A stretch of DNA of 64,000 nt from an uncultured bacterium (GTDB lineage Bacteria; Actinomycetota; Acidimicrobiia; Spongiisociales; UBA5794), in the NCBI GenBank assembly GCA_963844835.1, contig CAWJPT010000001.1, forward strand, positions 8,072 to 72,071. The letters are read 5' to 3'. Shown here piece by piece: positions 1-10,355 of this stretch. Position numbers and translations under genes: made by a program. The notes under the pieces were generated by a model. The model saw nothing but the letters and a program-made list of their open reading frames with translations, did not search any database and was not told the origin of the DNA. Each line of letters opens with the position of its first letter. Within the stretch, counting starts at the first letter, position 1.

Positions 1-493
1 CCGTTTCGGGGGAGAGGCGATGGCCGCGCACCGGATCGACCCGCCGCAGCGACCGGATCGTGTCGATGACGTCCGACGGCACCGCATATCCGTGTCGCAA
101 CAACCAGCAACCGACAACAGTGCCGGTGCGGCCGACACCACCCCAGCAGTGCACGTAGACGGCTCCATTTGCGACACCGGCATCGATGTCATCCAGGATG
201 GCAATCATGTCCTCCCGGCTCGGGATCGACAGGTCCGTGATCGGGTGGCGCAGCATCGCCGCTTGCGAGCCAAGTGCCGTTTCGTATGGGGTGAACGGAT
301 CGCCGCTGTGATTGGTCTCGGTTGGTTCCATCAGATTCAGGAACGTTGTGATCCCGGCGTCGAGCAGGGGGCCAACCGCCGCGGACACCCCGTCGGGATC
401 GGCCGAGCCGGGAAAAGGTCCGGCGAGGAGCTTCCCGGGAACGACCCAGTAAGTCCCGTTCTTCGGCGGATGATCTCCGTCGGCAAGCTTCAT
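1..493 (-). CDS. Dual-specificity protein tyrosine phosphatase, partial (C-terminus lies beyond the window start)
   Basis: Minus-strand translation from ATG at 493-491: MKLADGDHPPKNGTYWVVPGKLLAGPFPG...VYVHCWGGVGRTGTVVGCWLL. HCxxGxxRT is the CX5R PTP catalytic loop. The start overlaps the stop of the upstream ADP-ribosylglycohydrolase gene (ATGA at 490-493). Confidence 0.7.
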   Translation of the reverse strand, partial: MKLADGDHPPKNGTYWVVPGKLLAGPFPGSADPDGVSAAVGPLLDAGITTFLNLMEPTETNHSGDPFTPYETALGSQAAMLRHPITDLSIPSREDMIAILDDIDAGVANGAVYVHCWGGVGRTGTVVGCWLLRHGYAVPSDVIDTIRSLRRVDPVRGHRLSPET

Positions 494-1438
494 ACGGGCT
501 CCTCGCCTCGGAGAAGGCGCCTTGCGGCATCCTCTACGACCTCGCTCCGGGCAAGGCCATGACGGAGGGTGTCGGGTATGCCGCTGAGCCCCCAGTAGGC
601 ACCTGCGAGTTGGCCGCACACCGCACCCGTCGTGTCGGCGTCGTCGCCGAGGTTGACGGCGCTCAGGACCGCATCCGTAAAGCCGTCCGATCGGGAAAAC
701 GCCCACAACGCCGCCTCCAAACTGCGCACCACGTAGCCGGTGCCCTTGATCTCGGGCGGATCGCTGCGGAAGCTGCCGTTGATCACCTCGTCGATGGCGG
801 GATGGATGTCTACCGTCGACCGCAGAGCATCGAGCATCGGCCAGTCCGGATCCAGCACGGCAGCGCGCGTGCTCGCCGGCCATCAACGCCGCCAGTAGCA
901 GCGTCATGTATGCAGCCGCCGACGTCGCCTGCGGGGCACGATGGGTGGGCAGACTCGAATCCCGCCCATACCGGATCAGCTCGTCCGTTCGATCTGGATA
1001 CAGATCCGCGTAGAAGATCGGTACGGGTGCCAGGCGCATGATCGAACCGTTGCCGGCACTGTGCTCGTCATCGGGTCCAGACGTGGATGCGTCCCCGGTC
1101 CTGGCGTACGTCTCGAGTGCCTGTCGGGTGGCGTTGCCGATGTCGAAGCAGCGGCCGTTCACCGAGTACTCGCCGGTGCGATACCACGACAGGTATCGGT
1201 CGGCCTGGTCGTTCAGGTCCCAACCGACCGTCGCCAACGAATCGGCGAGCGCCAGAGCCATCGACGTGTCGTCGGTCCACTCTCCGGCGTTCAGGCCGTG
1301 CGGCCCGCCGTCGCGGTATCCGGTCACCGGCTCGAATGTGCCGGGAGGCTTGAACTCCACCGCCGCCCCAAGCGCATCACCGATGGCCAGGCCCAGCAGG
1401 GCACCTATGCGACGGTCTTTTTCGGGGGACACTGTCAT
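490..1438 (-). CDS. ADP-ribosylglycohydrolase (DraG-like), reading frame broken once near 860-900
   Basis: Minus-strand start ATG 1438-1436 gives MTVSPEKDRRIGALLGLAIGDALGAAVEF...EWTDDTSMALALADSL. C-terminal part (ORF 490..858) has NLGDDADTTGAVCGQLAGAYWG. Both halves are typical ADP-ribosylglycohydrolase family motifs; a +/-1 frame change is needed to join them. Confidence 0.7.
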
Positions 1439-1536
1439 TGGCGCAACCTATCACGGTCGGATTGGGGGAACGGCAACATCGAGAACGAGCACTTGTGTCG
1501 CCGTCGCTCGACCCTACCCAGGTCTAGGGTTCCGGC

Positions 1537-2811
1537 GTGGATCGGCACCTACTCCAGAAACGCACCGTCGCCACTGCCATGGCAGCTAATGCCTTCGGGT
1601 ATGCGGGGTTCATCGCGGTCGTGTCGGTGGCGTCGCTGCTCACATCCGAGATGACCGGCAACGACAGCATCGCCGGTATCCCGTCGGCGGCTGCCACGCT
1701 CGGCACTGCCTTCGCCGCCGCACCGCTGGCACAGCTGGCACGGCGACGGGGTCGCCGCATCGGGCTCCGGCTCGGCTACGCCCTCGGGGTCGGCGGATGT
1801 GGCGCCGCATTCGTCGCCGGGCAGCTCGGCATCTTCTGGCTGCTGCTGGTGGCCATGGCCGTGATGGGTGTCGGCAACACCGCCAACTTGCAGAACCGCT
1901 ACGTCGCCGCCGACCTCGCAGACGAGCACATGCGGGCCCGCTCGATCGCCATGGTGGTGTGGGTGGGCACCATCGGCGCGGTCATCGGCTCCCCGGCCGC
2001 CGCCTGGGCCAACCGGATCGGCACCGGCTTCGGCGCCCACGAGTGGGTAACGCCGGCCCTGCTCGGTATGGTCGGCTTCGCTGCGGCCGGGCTCATCATC
2101 AACACCTGGCTCCGACCCGACCCGCTCGAAGCGGCAGGCGGCATCGACCCGGACGCACCCCGCCCCAACCCGATCCAGGGTGCCGCAGACGGGCTCCGAG
2201 TCATCTGGCCGAATCTGCATGCCCGTCTCGCCATCGTGGCACTGGCGGTCAGCCAGATGGCAATGGTCGCCGTGATGACGATGACCCCGCTCCACATGAA
2301 AGACCACGGCCAGGCCGAGCTGTCCACCCTGGTCATCGCCGTCCACGTGTTCGGCATGTTCGGGCTGGCTCCCTTCATCGGGCGCTGGGCCGACAGGTTC
2401 GGCCGGATCCGCTCGCTGCAACTGGGAGCGCTCATCCTCGCCGCAGGCACCGTCTCGGTGGTCATCGCCGGTTACGTGCCTGCGCTGATGTTCGTCGGCC
2501 TGTTTCTGCTCGGTGTGGGGTGGAGCGTCGCCCTGATCTCCGGATCGGCGCTGCTCACCGAAAGCGTGCCCGAAGCTGAGCGGGTCAGCGCCCAGGGACT
2601 CTCCGATGTCATGATGAGCCTGCTCGGCGCCACCGCCGCCTTCTCGTCTGGGTTCGTCAAGGCCACGGTCGGCTACGACTGGCTGGCCAACTTCGCCACC
2701 GCTGCAGCGGTACTGATCCTGATCGGAGCGATCCGCCTCAACGCCCGGCTGGCGATCACCACGTCGGCTGATTGGCGCTCGCAATACAGTGCACGGAGTG
2801 GCGAGTCATAG
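1537..2811 (+). CDS. MFS transporter
   Basis: Intact 424-aa ORF with 12 predicted hydrophobic segments (…LGVGGCGAAFVAGQLGIFWLLLVAMAVMGVGNTANLQNRYVAADLA…LFLLGVGWSVALISGSALLTESVPEAERVSAQGLSDVMMSLLG). The long antisense ORF 1549..2784 is a high-GC artefact. Confidence 0.75.
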   Translation: MDRHLLQKRTVATAMAANAFGYAGFIAVVSVASLLTSEMTGNDSIAGIPSAAATLGTAFAAAPLAQLARRRGRRIGLRLGYALGVGGCGAAFVAGQLGIFWLLLVAMAVMGVGNTANLQNRYVAADLADEHMRARSIAMVVWVGTIGAVIGSPAAAWANRIGTGFGAHEWVTPALLGMVGFAAAGLIINTWLRPDPLEAAGGIDPDAPRPNPIQGAADGLRVIWPNLHARLAIVALAVSQMAMVAVMTMTPLHMKDHGQAELSTLVIAVHVFGMFGLAPFIGRWADRFGRIRSLQLGALILAAGTVSVVIAGYVPALMFVGLFLLGVGWSVALISGSALLTESVPEAERVSAQGLSDVMMSLLGATAAFSSGFVKATVGYDWLANFATAAAVLILIGAIRLNARLAITTSADWRSQYSARSGES

Positions 2812-2937
2812 ACGTGCACGACGGACGCCCGGGAGCGAGTGCCATGACCGCCTGGTGTAGTTGTGCTGTGGCGCCTAGGGTCGAGGGTGGTCTGCCGGCG
2901 CGTATGACGTCGGGCCAATGACGAATCGCCAATCAAA

Positions 2938-3174
2938 GTGAGTCACCATCGCAAAGCTGAAAGAAGATGCCATCGTGCTGGACGGCACCGTCGTCCAATC
3001 GCTCCCAAACGCCATGTTCCGGGTTCAGCTCGACAATGGCCACACCGCGCTCGGGCACATCTCTTCGGGAAGATGCGCCGCTACTACATCCGGATTCTTC
3101 CCCAAGACAGAGTCCAGATAGAGCTATCCCCATACGACCTCACCCGAGGACGCATCACCTACCGCTACAAGTAG
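2938..3174 (+). pseudogene. infA: Translation initiation factor IF-1, frame-disrupted, orphan copy not linked to rpmJ-rpsM
   Basis: Frame 2 from 2942 reads …[38 protein letters not shown]. Frame 1 continues [35 protein letters not shown] (stop 3172-3174). Together these match IF-1 (…[39 protein letters not shown]). The break is a 2-nt excess (atc tct TC ggg aag) and no canonical start codon is in frame. Confidence 0.6.
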
Positions 3175-3354
3175 ACGGCTCCATCGGTAAAGGATCTCAA
3201 TGTCCGTGCACCCAGGCTGACTTGGGCCAGATTTGCACCTCTTCGATAACCGCTGCTGATCAGTGCTTCGCAACTCCATCGCTGAACCCGCCTGCAAACT
3301 CACATTGATTGGGTGTAGGTTTCTGCTGTAAGGCTCCGGTCGGGAGGTACGGGA

Positions 3355-5685
3355 ATGGTTACGGGTATTCGGCGTCGGTTCTTTGTCGCGCTTTCGTTGC
3401 TCGGGTTGGTGATCTCCACGTTGGTTGTCGTCGGCGTTGCGCCCGCGGCCGGTGCCACCACGTTCGTGGTTGACACCACCGTCGACGATGGGGCACTCAA
3501 CGGCTGCACACTGGCCCCCGGCGACTGCAGCCTGCGTGGGGCGATCGCCAAGGCCAACACCACCGTCGGTGCCGACACCATCGACTTCCTCATCCCGGGT
3601 GTGCAATGCCCCGGCGGGGTCTGCCCGATCACGCTCACCGAGGGTCCGCTCACAATCACCGAGGCGGTGACCATCGACGCCACCACCCAGGTCCAAAACG
3701 GCGGTCCCCAGGCCAACGTGTGCGCCACCGAGACCGAGCCCTCGTACATGCGGATCGAGCTGGTGGTCGACCCGACCGGTGCCGACGGCAACGGGTTCGT
3801 CGTCAACTACACCGGCGGCCCGACGACCATTCGCGGCTTCGCCATCGGGACCAACTTCAACGGCAGTGGTTTCTGGAGCGGAATCGACACGTACGACGGC
3901 AGCGGGCACCACATCGCCTGCAACCATCTCGGGCTCGACGCCGCCGGTACCAGCCAGCTCGGCAGCGAGGACTTCGACGCCATGGTGGCTGTTGACGGCT
4001 ACGCCGATGGCGTCATCATCGGAACCGACGGTGACGGCAACAACGACATAGCCGAACGCAACGTCTTCGGATCCGACGGCTACGGCATCTACATCAACGG
4101 CAACACCAACAACCGCATTTCCGGCAACTACTTCGGGTTCACCCCCGACGGGACGAGCACCATCTCATCCGGCAGCGTCTACATGCGCCAGGACTCGTCC
4201 AACAACCTTGTTGGTGTCGACGGCGACGGTGTCTCCGACGACATAGAGGTCAACTACTTCGGCAACGCCTACGCGTCGATCATCATCACAACCGGGACCT
4301 ACGTCACCACGGGTAACGAGATCGTCGGCAACGTGATCGGGATGGGCCCGACCGGAACCACGGCGACATCTACCCGCGGCATCTCCGTCGCTTCTGACGT
4401 GGCCTTCTCCGGCTACGAGATCCGCGACAACACCATCCTGGGCGCCGTACAGCACACGATCGTGGCGGACGCCCCCGGCTCGGGGCTGCTCATCGACGGG
4501 AACCTCATCGGAGTCACCGCCGACGGAACTGCAGGAGCCAACGGAACCGGCATCGGGCTCAACGGGACGACGAGCCCACAGCTGAGCGGCAACTTCATCG
4601 CCAATTCGTCTTCATCCGGCGTGCAGCTTGCCGACACCGCCACGCTCGCAGCCGGGTCCACCGGCAACTGTGTCGTCGGCAACACCGCAGGCGTCACCAA
4701 CAGCACCGGCACGAGCGTCAACTTCGAGAACAACTGGTGGGGAGCCATCGACGGGCCATCCGGCTCCGGGCCCGGGTCCGGCGACACGGTGAGCGCCGAC
4801 GTCGACTACGACCCCTGGAGCACCAGCCCCGGTGCTCTGTGCAACACCGCCCCGGTGGCCGACGACGCGACATTCACCATCGCCGAGGACGCCGCCGTGG
4901 GAACCACCGTCGGAACAGTCACCGCCACCGATGACGGCGCCACCCTCGCCTATGCGATCGCAGCAGGCAACGGTGCCGGGAAGTTCACCATCGACGACGC
5001 CACCGGTGAGATCACCACCGCAGCGGCCCTGGATTTCGAGACCACACCCTCGTACTCGCTCACCGTCGAAGTCAGCGACGGGCAGTACGCCGACACCGCC
5101 ACCATCACCATCGACGTCACCAATGCCGCCGAGGGCCCCACCTTTACAGACGTGCCGCAGACGCACACCTTCTACGGCGACATCGAGTGGCTGGCGGCTG
5201 AGGGAATCACCAAAGGCTGCAACCCGCCGGACAACGACATGTTCTGTCCCACCAATCCGGTGACCCGGGGTCAGATGGCGGCGTTCCTGCACCGGGCGCT
5301 CGGTGGCACGCTCACCCCGGGGGCCGCGGTCACCTTCACCGACATCGACGGGTTGGCATTCGAAGCCGACATCGAATGGCTGGGCTCGGTAGGTGTCACC
5401 AAGGGGTGCAACCCGCCGGACAATGACATGTACTGTCCTGCCAACTCGGTAACGCGGGGTCAGATGGCTGCGTTCCTGGTGCGTGCCCTCGGGTATACAG
5501 CCGGGGCCGGTTCGGACCGGTTCACCGACGACGACGGGTCGGTGTTCGAAGCCGACATCGAACGGCTCGCCGAAGCCGGGGTCACCAAGGGCTGCAATCC
5601 GCCGGAGAACGACATGTTCTGTCCAAACGCTCCGGTCACCCGTGCCCAGATGGCAGCCTTCCTACACCGAGCGCTGGGGGACTGA
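3355..5685 (+). CDS. Secreted cell-surface protein: signal peptide, CSLREA-like/right-handed beta-helix region, cadherin-like domain, three C-terminal SLH-like repeats
   Basis: Intact 776-aa ORF. N-terminal signal MVTGIRRRFFVALSLLGLVISTLVVVGVAPAAGA. PGDCSLRGAIAKANTT resembles the CSLREA motif, followed by Gly/Asn-rich beta-helix-like repeats. Cadherin-like VADDATFTIAEDAAVGTTVGTVTATDD…ALDFETTPSYSLTVEVSDG. Three tandem repeats of about 55 aa F(T)D…H.F..DIEWL…G(I/V)TKGCNPP(D/E)NDMFCP…VTR(G/A)QMAAFL.RALG align to the SLH domain consensus. Confidence 0.8.
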   Translation: MVTGIRRRFFVALSLLGLVISTLVVVGVAPAAGATTFVVDTTVDDGALNGCTLAPGDCSLRGAIAKANTTVGADTIDFLIPGVQCPGGVCPITLTEGPLTITEAVTIDATTQVQNGGPQANVCATETEPSYMRIELVVDPTGADGNGFVVNYTGGPTTIRGFAIGTNFNGSGFWSGIDTYDGSGHHIACNHLGLDAAGTSQLGSEDFDAMVAVDGYADGVIIGTDGDGNNDIAERNVFGSDGYGIYINGNTNNRISGNYFGFTPDGTSTISSGSVYMRQDSSNNLVGVDGDGVSDDIEVNYFGNAYASIIITTGTYVTTGNEIVGNVIGMGPTGTTATSTRGISVASDVAFSGYEIRDNTILGAVQHTIVADAPGSGLLIDGNLIGVTADGTAGANGTGIGLNGTTSPQLSGNFIANSSSSGVQLADTATLAAGSTGNCVVGNTAGVTNSTGTSVNFENNWWGAIDGPSGSGPGSGDTVSADVDYDPWSTSPGALCNTAPVADDATFTIAEDAAVGTTVGTVTATDDGATLAYAIAAGNGAGKFTIDDATGEITTAAALDFETTPSYSLTVEVSDGQYADTATITIDVTNAAEGPTFTDVPQTHTFYGDIEWLAAEGITKGCNPPDNDMFCPTNPVTRGQMAAFLHRALGGTLTPGAAVTFTDIDGLAFEADIEWLGSVGVTKGCNPPDNDMYCPANSVTRGQMAAFLVRALGYTAGAGSDRFTDDDGSVFEADIERLAEAGVTKGCNPPENDMFCPNAPVTRAQMAAFLHRALGD

Positions 5686-5708
5686 GCAGAAGCGGGCCCG
5701 CGGTTGGT

Positions 5709-6041
5709 CTAGCGCCTTCTTCCGAATCTCCGTGGCTTGCTCTTGGTGAGCAGCTCGATCACGGCGGTGTGACCGCTCCGCTCGGCGTTGTCAAGCGGTG
5801 TGTCGCCGTCCTCGTCGTGGACCTTCGTCTTTGCCCCGGCGTCCAGCAGGAGTTGGACGATCTCGGCGGACTCGTACTTCGCCGCCCAGTGAAGCGCGGT
5901 CTGCTGAAACGCATCCTTCTCTTCGACATTGTCGCCTGCCTGGATGCGCTCCTTGGTTGCTTCGACGTCCTGGTTCTGAACCGCTGTCATCAGAGGGGTG
6001 GGTCGTTGCCGCTTGACAGAGAAACCCGCGTTGCCGGCCAT
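5709..6041 (-). CDS. Ankyrin-repeat protein
   Basis: 110-aa ORF with two or three ankyrin repeats (TALHWAAKYESAEIVQLLLDAGAKTKVHDEDGDTPLDNAERSGHTAVIELL). Convergent with the gene at 3355-5685 and divergent from the STAND gene at 6320. Confidence 0.7.
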   Translation of the reverse strand: MAGNAGFSVKRQRPTPLMTAVQNQDVEATKERIQAGDNVEEKDAFQQTALHWAAKYESAEIVQLLLDAGAKTKVHDEDGDTPLDNAERSGHTAVIELLTKSKPRRFGRRR

Positions 6042-6319
6042 TCGGTGCGCTCCTTCCGCTGTGCATCGCTGCAGATGGGCGATGCGGCCATCTCGTTCAA
6101 CACTACAAGAGGCACCGTCACGCGCCTATTGCGCAAGTGGTTCTGAATAGGGATTTGTCCTTCGTTTGCGTAACCTTGGCGGGCGACGGGACGGCATTCT
6201 CGATTACGGATCGGAGGCGCCAGATGTGGCGGCTGGCCCAATCGTGCAGCAGCGGGTATCGGTCGCAAACTCCAGCGAGGGCTCTGCCTCGCAGGACTGC
6301 AGAACCCTAGGCCGGTACC

Positions 6320-9300
6320 TTGCAGACGACTCGAACATTCCGCGTATTCATCTCCTCCACTTTCGAGGACCTCCAGGAAGAGCGGAATGCGTTGCAGGAT
6401 CGGGTCTTTCCTCGCCTCCGTCGCCTGTGCGCCAGCCACGGGGCGAGGTTCCAGGCGATCGACCTGCGCTGGGGAGTCAGCGCCGAGGCGGGTCTCGACC
6501 AACAAACCATGCCGTTGTGTCTCGAGGAGATCAGACGATGCAGGTCGGTGAGCCCACGCCCGAACTTTCTGGTGCTTCTCGGGGATCGATACGGGTGGCG
6601 CCCGCTCCCGGTCGAGATCCCGGCCAACGAGTTCGAAGCGCTATGTGCTCAGATCAACGATGATGAAGATAGGCAGCTGCTGGCCACGTGGTACCGCCGC
6701 GACGACAATCGGGTGCCGCCGGCTTACCTGCTGCAGCCGCGTACCGTTGCGGTTCCACAAGACGCCCCGCCGGAGCGCAGGGCTGCCGCTGAGGAAGCGG
6801 AAGGCGAGCAATGGCGATCGACCGAGCAGCGGCTCAGGGCCGTGCTATCGGCAGCAGTCGCAGCTATGGAGGCGCCCTCGGCGAGCCTGGCATTGCTCGA
6901 CACGTCGGCAACGGAGCAAGAGATTCTGGTAGGGGCGCTCGACACCGACATCGAGGATGCACCCGACCACGTGTTCGCGTTCTTCCGCGGCATAGACGGC
7001 CTGCCATCCGACGTTCGTGCCGGGCGATTCGTCGACCTGGACGGTGGGGAGGCTGACCTGGACGCGCAATCGCGCGGTCGACAATCTCAAGAACCGCGTG
7101 CGTGAGCGGCTTGGCGACAATGTCTTCGAATATCGATCTCGATGGGAGCCGTCGGGGATCACGGTCTCACACCTCGACTCCCTGTGTGATCAGGCCTTCA
7201 CAGCACTGGCCCGGATCACCGAGAGCGAGCTGAGCCTGCTCGAGCGGCAAGACGAGCTCGAAGCGGAGGCCGGGGCGCATCGCGCCTGGGCAGAGGCACG
7301 CCGCTATGCCTTCACGGGTCGGGCCCAGATCTGCGAGTCGATAGAGGAATACCTGCGCGGCGACGAGACGGCACCGCTGGCGGTTGTCGGTCCTTCAGGA
7401 TCCGGCAAATCGGCTGTGATAGCGGAGAACGTCGCCCGGGTGGAAAGTGAGTTTGCCTCGGCTGTGGTAGTCGGTCGATTCGTCGGGGCGACCCCGCGGT
7501 CGCTGGTCGGCCACGAGCTGCTTGCCGACCTGTGCCGGGTGATCGGTGCCGCATACGGCGCTGATGCGGCTGTTCCCGAAGACTATTCGCGTCTGGTCAC
7601 GGTATTTCGGGAACACCTCGATTTGCCGACCCGGGATCGGCCGCTTCTGCTCTTTGTAGACGGCGTAGACCAGCTTGTCCCCGGAGACCCTGCCATCGAG
7701 CTCGGGTGGCTCCCTGCGACGCTGCCCGCTCACGTTCGGATAGTCATTTCGACCTCTGCATTGCCGGTCACCGACCAAAGCCCGCAGCCGCAACTCGAGG
7801 TCAGGATTCCGCCTCTCACCGAATCTGAAGGATGGGCAATGCTCGATCGCTGGCTAGCGGATGCCGGTCGCAAGCTCACAGAGAACCAGCGGCAGGCCAT
7901 GCTCACCGGGTTTGCCCGGTGCCCCTTGCCCGTCTATTTGCGCCTTGCGTTTGAGGAGGCTCGAACCTGGCATTCCTATGACCCGCCGCATTCGCTCGGT
8001 GTCGCTGCCACCCCCTTGGTCCGCCAGGTGATCGACCGCCTCTCCAGCGCCGCCAACCACGGGCCAATCCTCGTCGAGCACAGCCTCGCCTATCTCGCGG
8101 CGGCGCGCTTCGGGCTGAGTGAGGACGAGATGATCGAGATCCTGTCCGCCGATAGCGAGGTGATGGCGGATTTCCACCGTCGCTCTCCGAGGTCGCCTGC
8201 CGTCTCGATGTTGCCGGTCGCGGTGCGTGCACGGTTACGTGGCGACCTCGAGCCCTATCTGGCTGAACTTCGTGCTCCAGGCGCAACCGTGCTGCGCTTC
8301 CATCATCGGCAATTCGAGGGCACCGTTCGTGCCAGCTTCTCGCCGAAGAGCAACAGGGGTGGCACGCCAGACTCGGCGACTTCTTTGCGGGGAGGCAGGC
8401 AGATGCCGAAAGGGCCGACGGCCAGGGCGTCGACCTGCGGCGACTCTCGGAGCTTCCCTTTCAGCTCGCCTATGCCGGACGGGTCGACGATCTGGCCGAC
8501 GTCCTCACGGATCCTGGGTTTCTGGACGCGAAGGTGAACGCCCTTGGCATCCAAGCGCTGCTCGATGATTTCCGCGAGGCTCAGCAACCGGCTCTGTCAC
8601 GACAGAGCTGATGCTCATCGAGGATGCGCTGACCCTCTCGGCTCATGTAATCAGTGATGATCCCCACGAGCTGCGGGGTAACTTCTCGGCAGGCTTCCAC
8701 AATCCAGTCACATCCGGACCGAGCGACTCCGGACACGACTGCTTCGAGTAGGCGGTGCCGGACTGGTTCCAATACGATCCGGGCTCATCAGATCAGGCGA
8801 GGCGCTGCATCGGACATTGGTCGGTCACAGGAATCGGGTCAACCGGGTGGCATTCCTCGGCGACGATGACAGGGTCATTTCCTCCAGCGACGACGGCACA
8901 GACCGTGTGTGGGAGGCGGCGGCCGGAACCGTCGTCCGGGTCGTCAACAACTCGGAGGACACGTCCCAACTGTGGGCGGGCTTGCCGCCTGCCACGACCT
9001 CTCCTCCCGATCCGGCAGGAAGGTGGGCAGTTGACGCCAGCTACAGCGACATCGAGCTGTCCCAGGATCCCGGCTCGCCACCGCTCGTCCTGCAAGGACA
9101 CAACAAGGCCATCCACTCGCTGGCATTCAGCCCTGACGGGACGTACCTGGTCAGCGGGGGTGACGATCACACGGTCAGGATCTGGAACCTCGAGAGAATC
9201 GACGTGGGTGAACCGCCCCGCATCCCGGCGGCGTAGTGGGCGTTGCAGTAGCGAGCGAACACACGGCGCTGTCGGCAGGCAGGGACGGGACCATCGGGCG

Positions 9301-10295
9301 CTGGAGCCTCGAGAACGGACAGGCGACCGACTCCTGGACGTTGGCGCACCCGTCACCTGATGGACGCAGCAAGCGGTGGCCATCGGGCTGTCGCCGCAAG
9401 TGACGACGGGCTGTTGCACATCGTTGATCTGCGTTCCGGTTCGATAGTCATTGCAGGCGAGACCCACGGTGGCACCGTCACCGGGCTGGCCGTTTCTGCA
9501 GATGGGAGCCGTGCCGCCACCACCTGTGAGGACGGAGTGATCCGTTCGTGGGATCTGGCCGACGGCGAAGTCCTATCGGCGGTCGAAGGCCCCACCGGGT
9601 CGGGTCTGCCGTTGGCGTTGAGTTCAGACGGGCAACGATGCGCCTGTGCCTACGGTGACCGGGCGATTCGGATTTGGGATGTCGATCGGGGTGATCTTCG
9701 CGTAACCTGCATCGGGCACCAGGACTCGGTCAATGACATCGGGTTCGTCTCAGGTGGCCGGGAGGTTGTTTCTGTGTCCGACGACCGCACCGTGCGTGTG
9801 TGGAACGCAGCCACCGGGTTGGAGAGGGCACCTATGTTCGGCCACTGGCATTGGGTCAGAGCGCTTGCCACCGACGGGCAGAGCCTGGCGCTCTCGATCG
9901 GAGAAGACTACACAGTGCGCGTGTGGGATCTCACAACGGCAACCGAGCGGTTCTCGTTGGCGGACGGCAGGTTGATCCTTTTGGTGCGCCGAGCAGAGCG
10001 CCGGGGGAGGGCAGGACGGGATTCAACCCGTATGGCATGAGCGACGTGACAGTTGATCGTTCGGCAGGGGCTCTTTCGTTCTTCTCCAACGACTACATTC
10101 CGGGTATGGGACCTGGCACGAGGATCACAGTTGGGTGCCTTCACCTGCGACCAGATCCTGAGCGGGTGCGCCCTGAGCGCCGACGGTACGCGGATCGTGA
10201 CCGGCACAGCCCGGGGACAGGTGACCATCGTTCGCACAGCCCGCAGTTCCGACAATCCAGACTCCGGGAGTCACAGCGATGAAAGGAGTGTCTAG
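6320..10295 (+). CDS. STAND NTPase: DUF4062-like N-domain, NACHT, WD40 repeats (NWD/TEP1-like); at least 7 frame disruptions
   Basis: N-domain VFISSTFEDLQEERNALQDRVFPRLRRLC…FLVLLGDRYGWRP. NACHT Walker A LAVVGPSGSGKSAV and Walker B LLLFVDGVDQLVPGD. Linker ELPFQLAYAGRVDDLADVLTDPGFLDAKVNALGIQALLDDF and TELMLIEDALTLSAHVISDDPHELRG, recovered only by switching frames near 7050, 8330, 8605, 8720, 9240-9360 and 10040. WD40 blades in ORFs 8817..9236, 9360..10040 and 10053..10295 (GHNKAIHSLAFSPDGTYLVSGGDDHTVRIWNLE etc.). At 7050 the break is a single extra g in a gggg run; at 8330 it is a missing c in ttcctc. Confidence 0.7.
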
Positions 10296-10355
10296 CGCTG
10301 GTAGTGAGTAGCCGATGGCGCGGGTGGTGGCCCGCTTCGCAATGGAGGTACGCCC

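Noticed and set aside
20-562. 180-aa plus-strand ORF at the window start
   Set aside because: It lies antisense to the phosphatase and ADP-ribosylglycohydrolase coding regions, which carry strong family motifs. The sequence is Arg/Pro-rich, typical of high-GC spurious frames.
1549-2784. 411-aa minus-strand ORF
   Set aside because: It is entirely antisense to the MFS transporter (1537..2811). It has an extreme Arg/Gly/Asp/His composition with no hydrophobic core, a GC-artefact frame.
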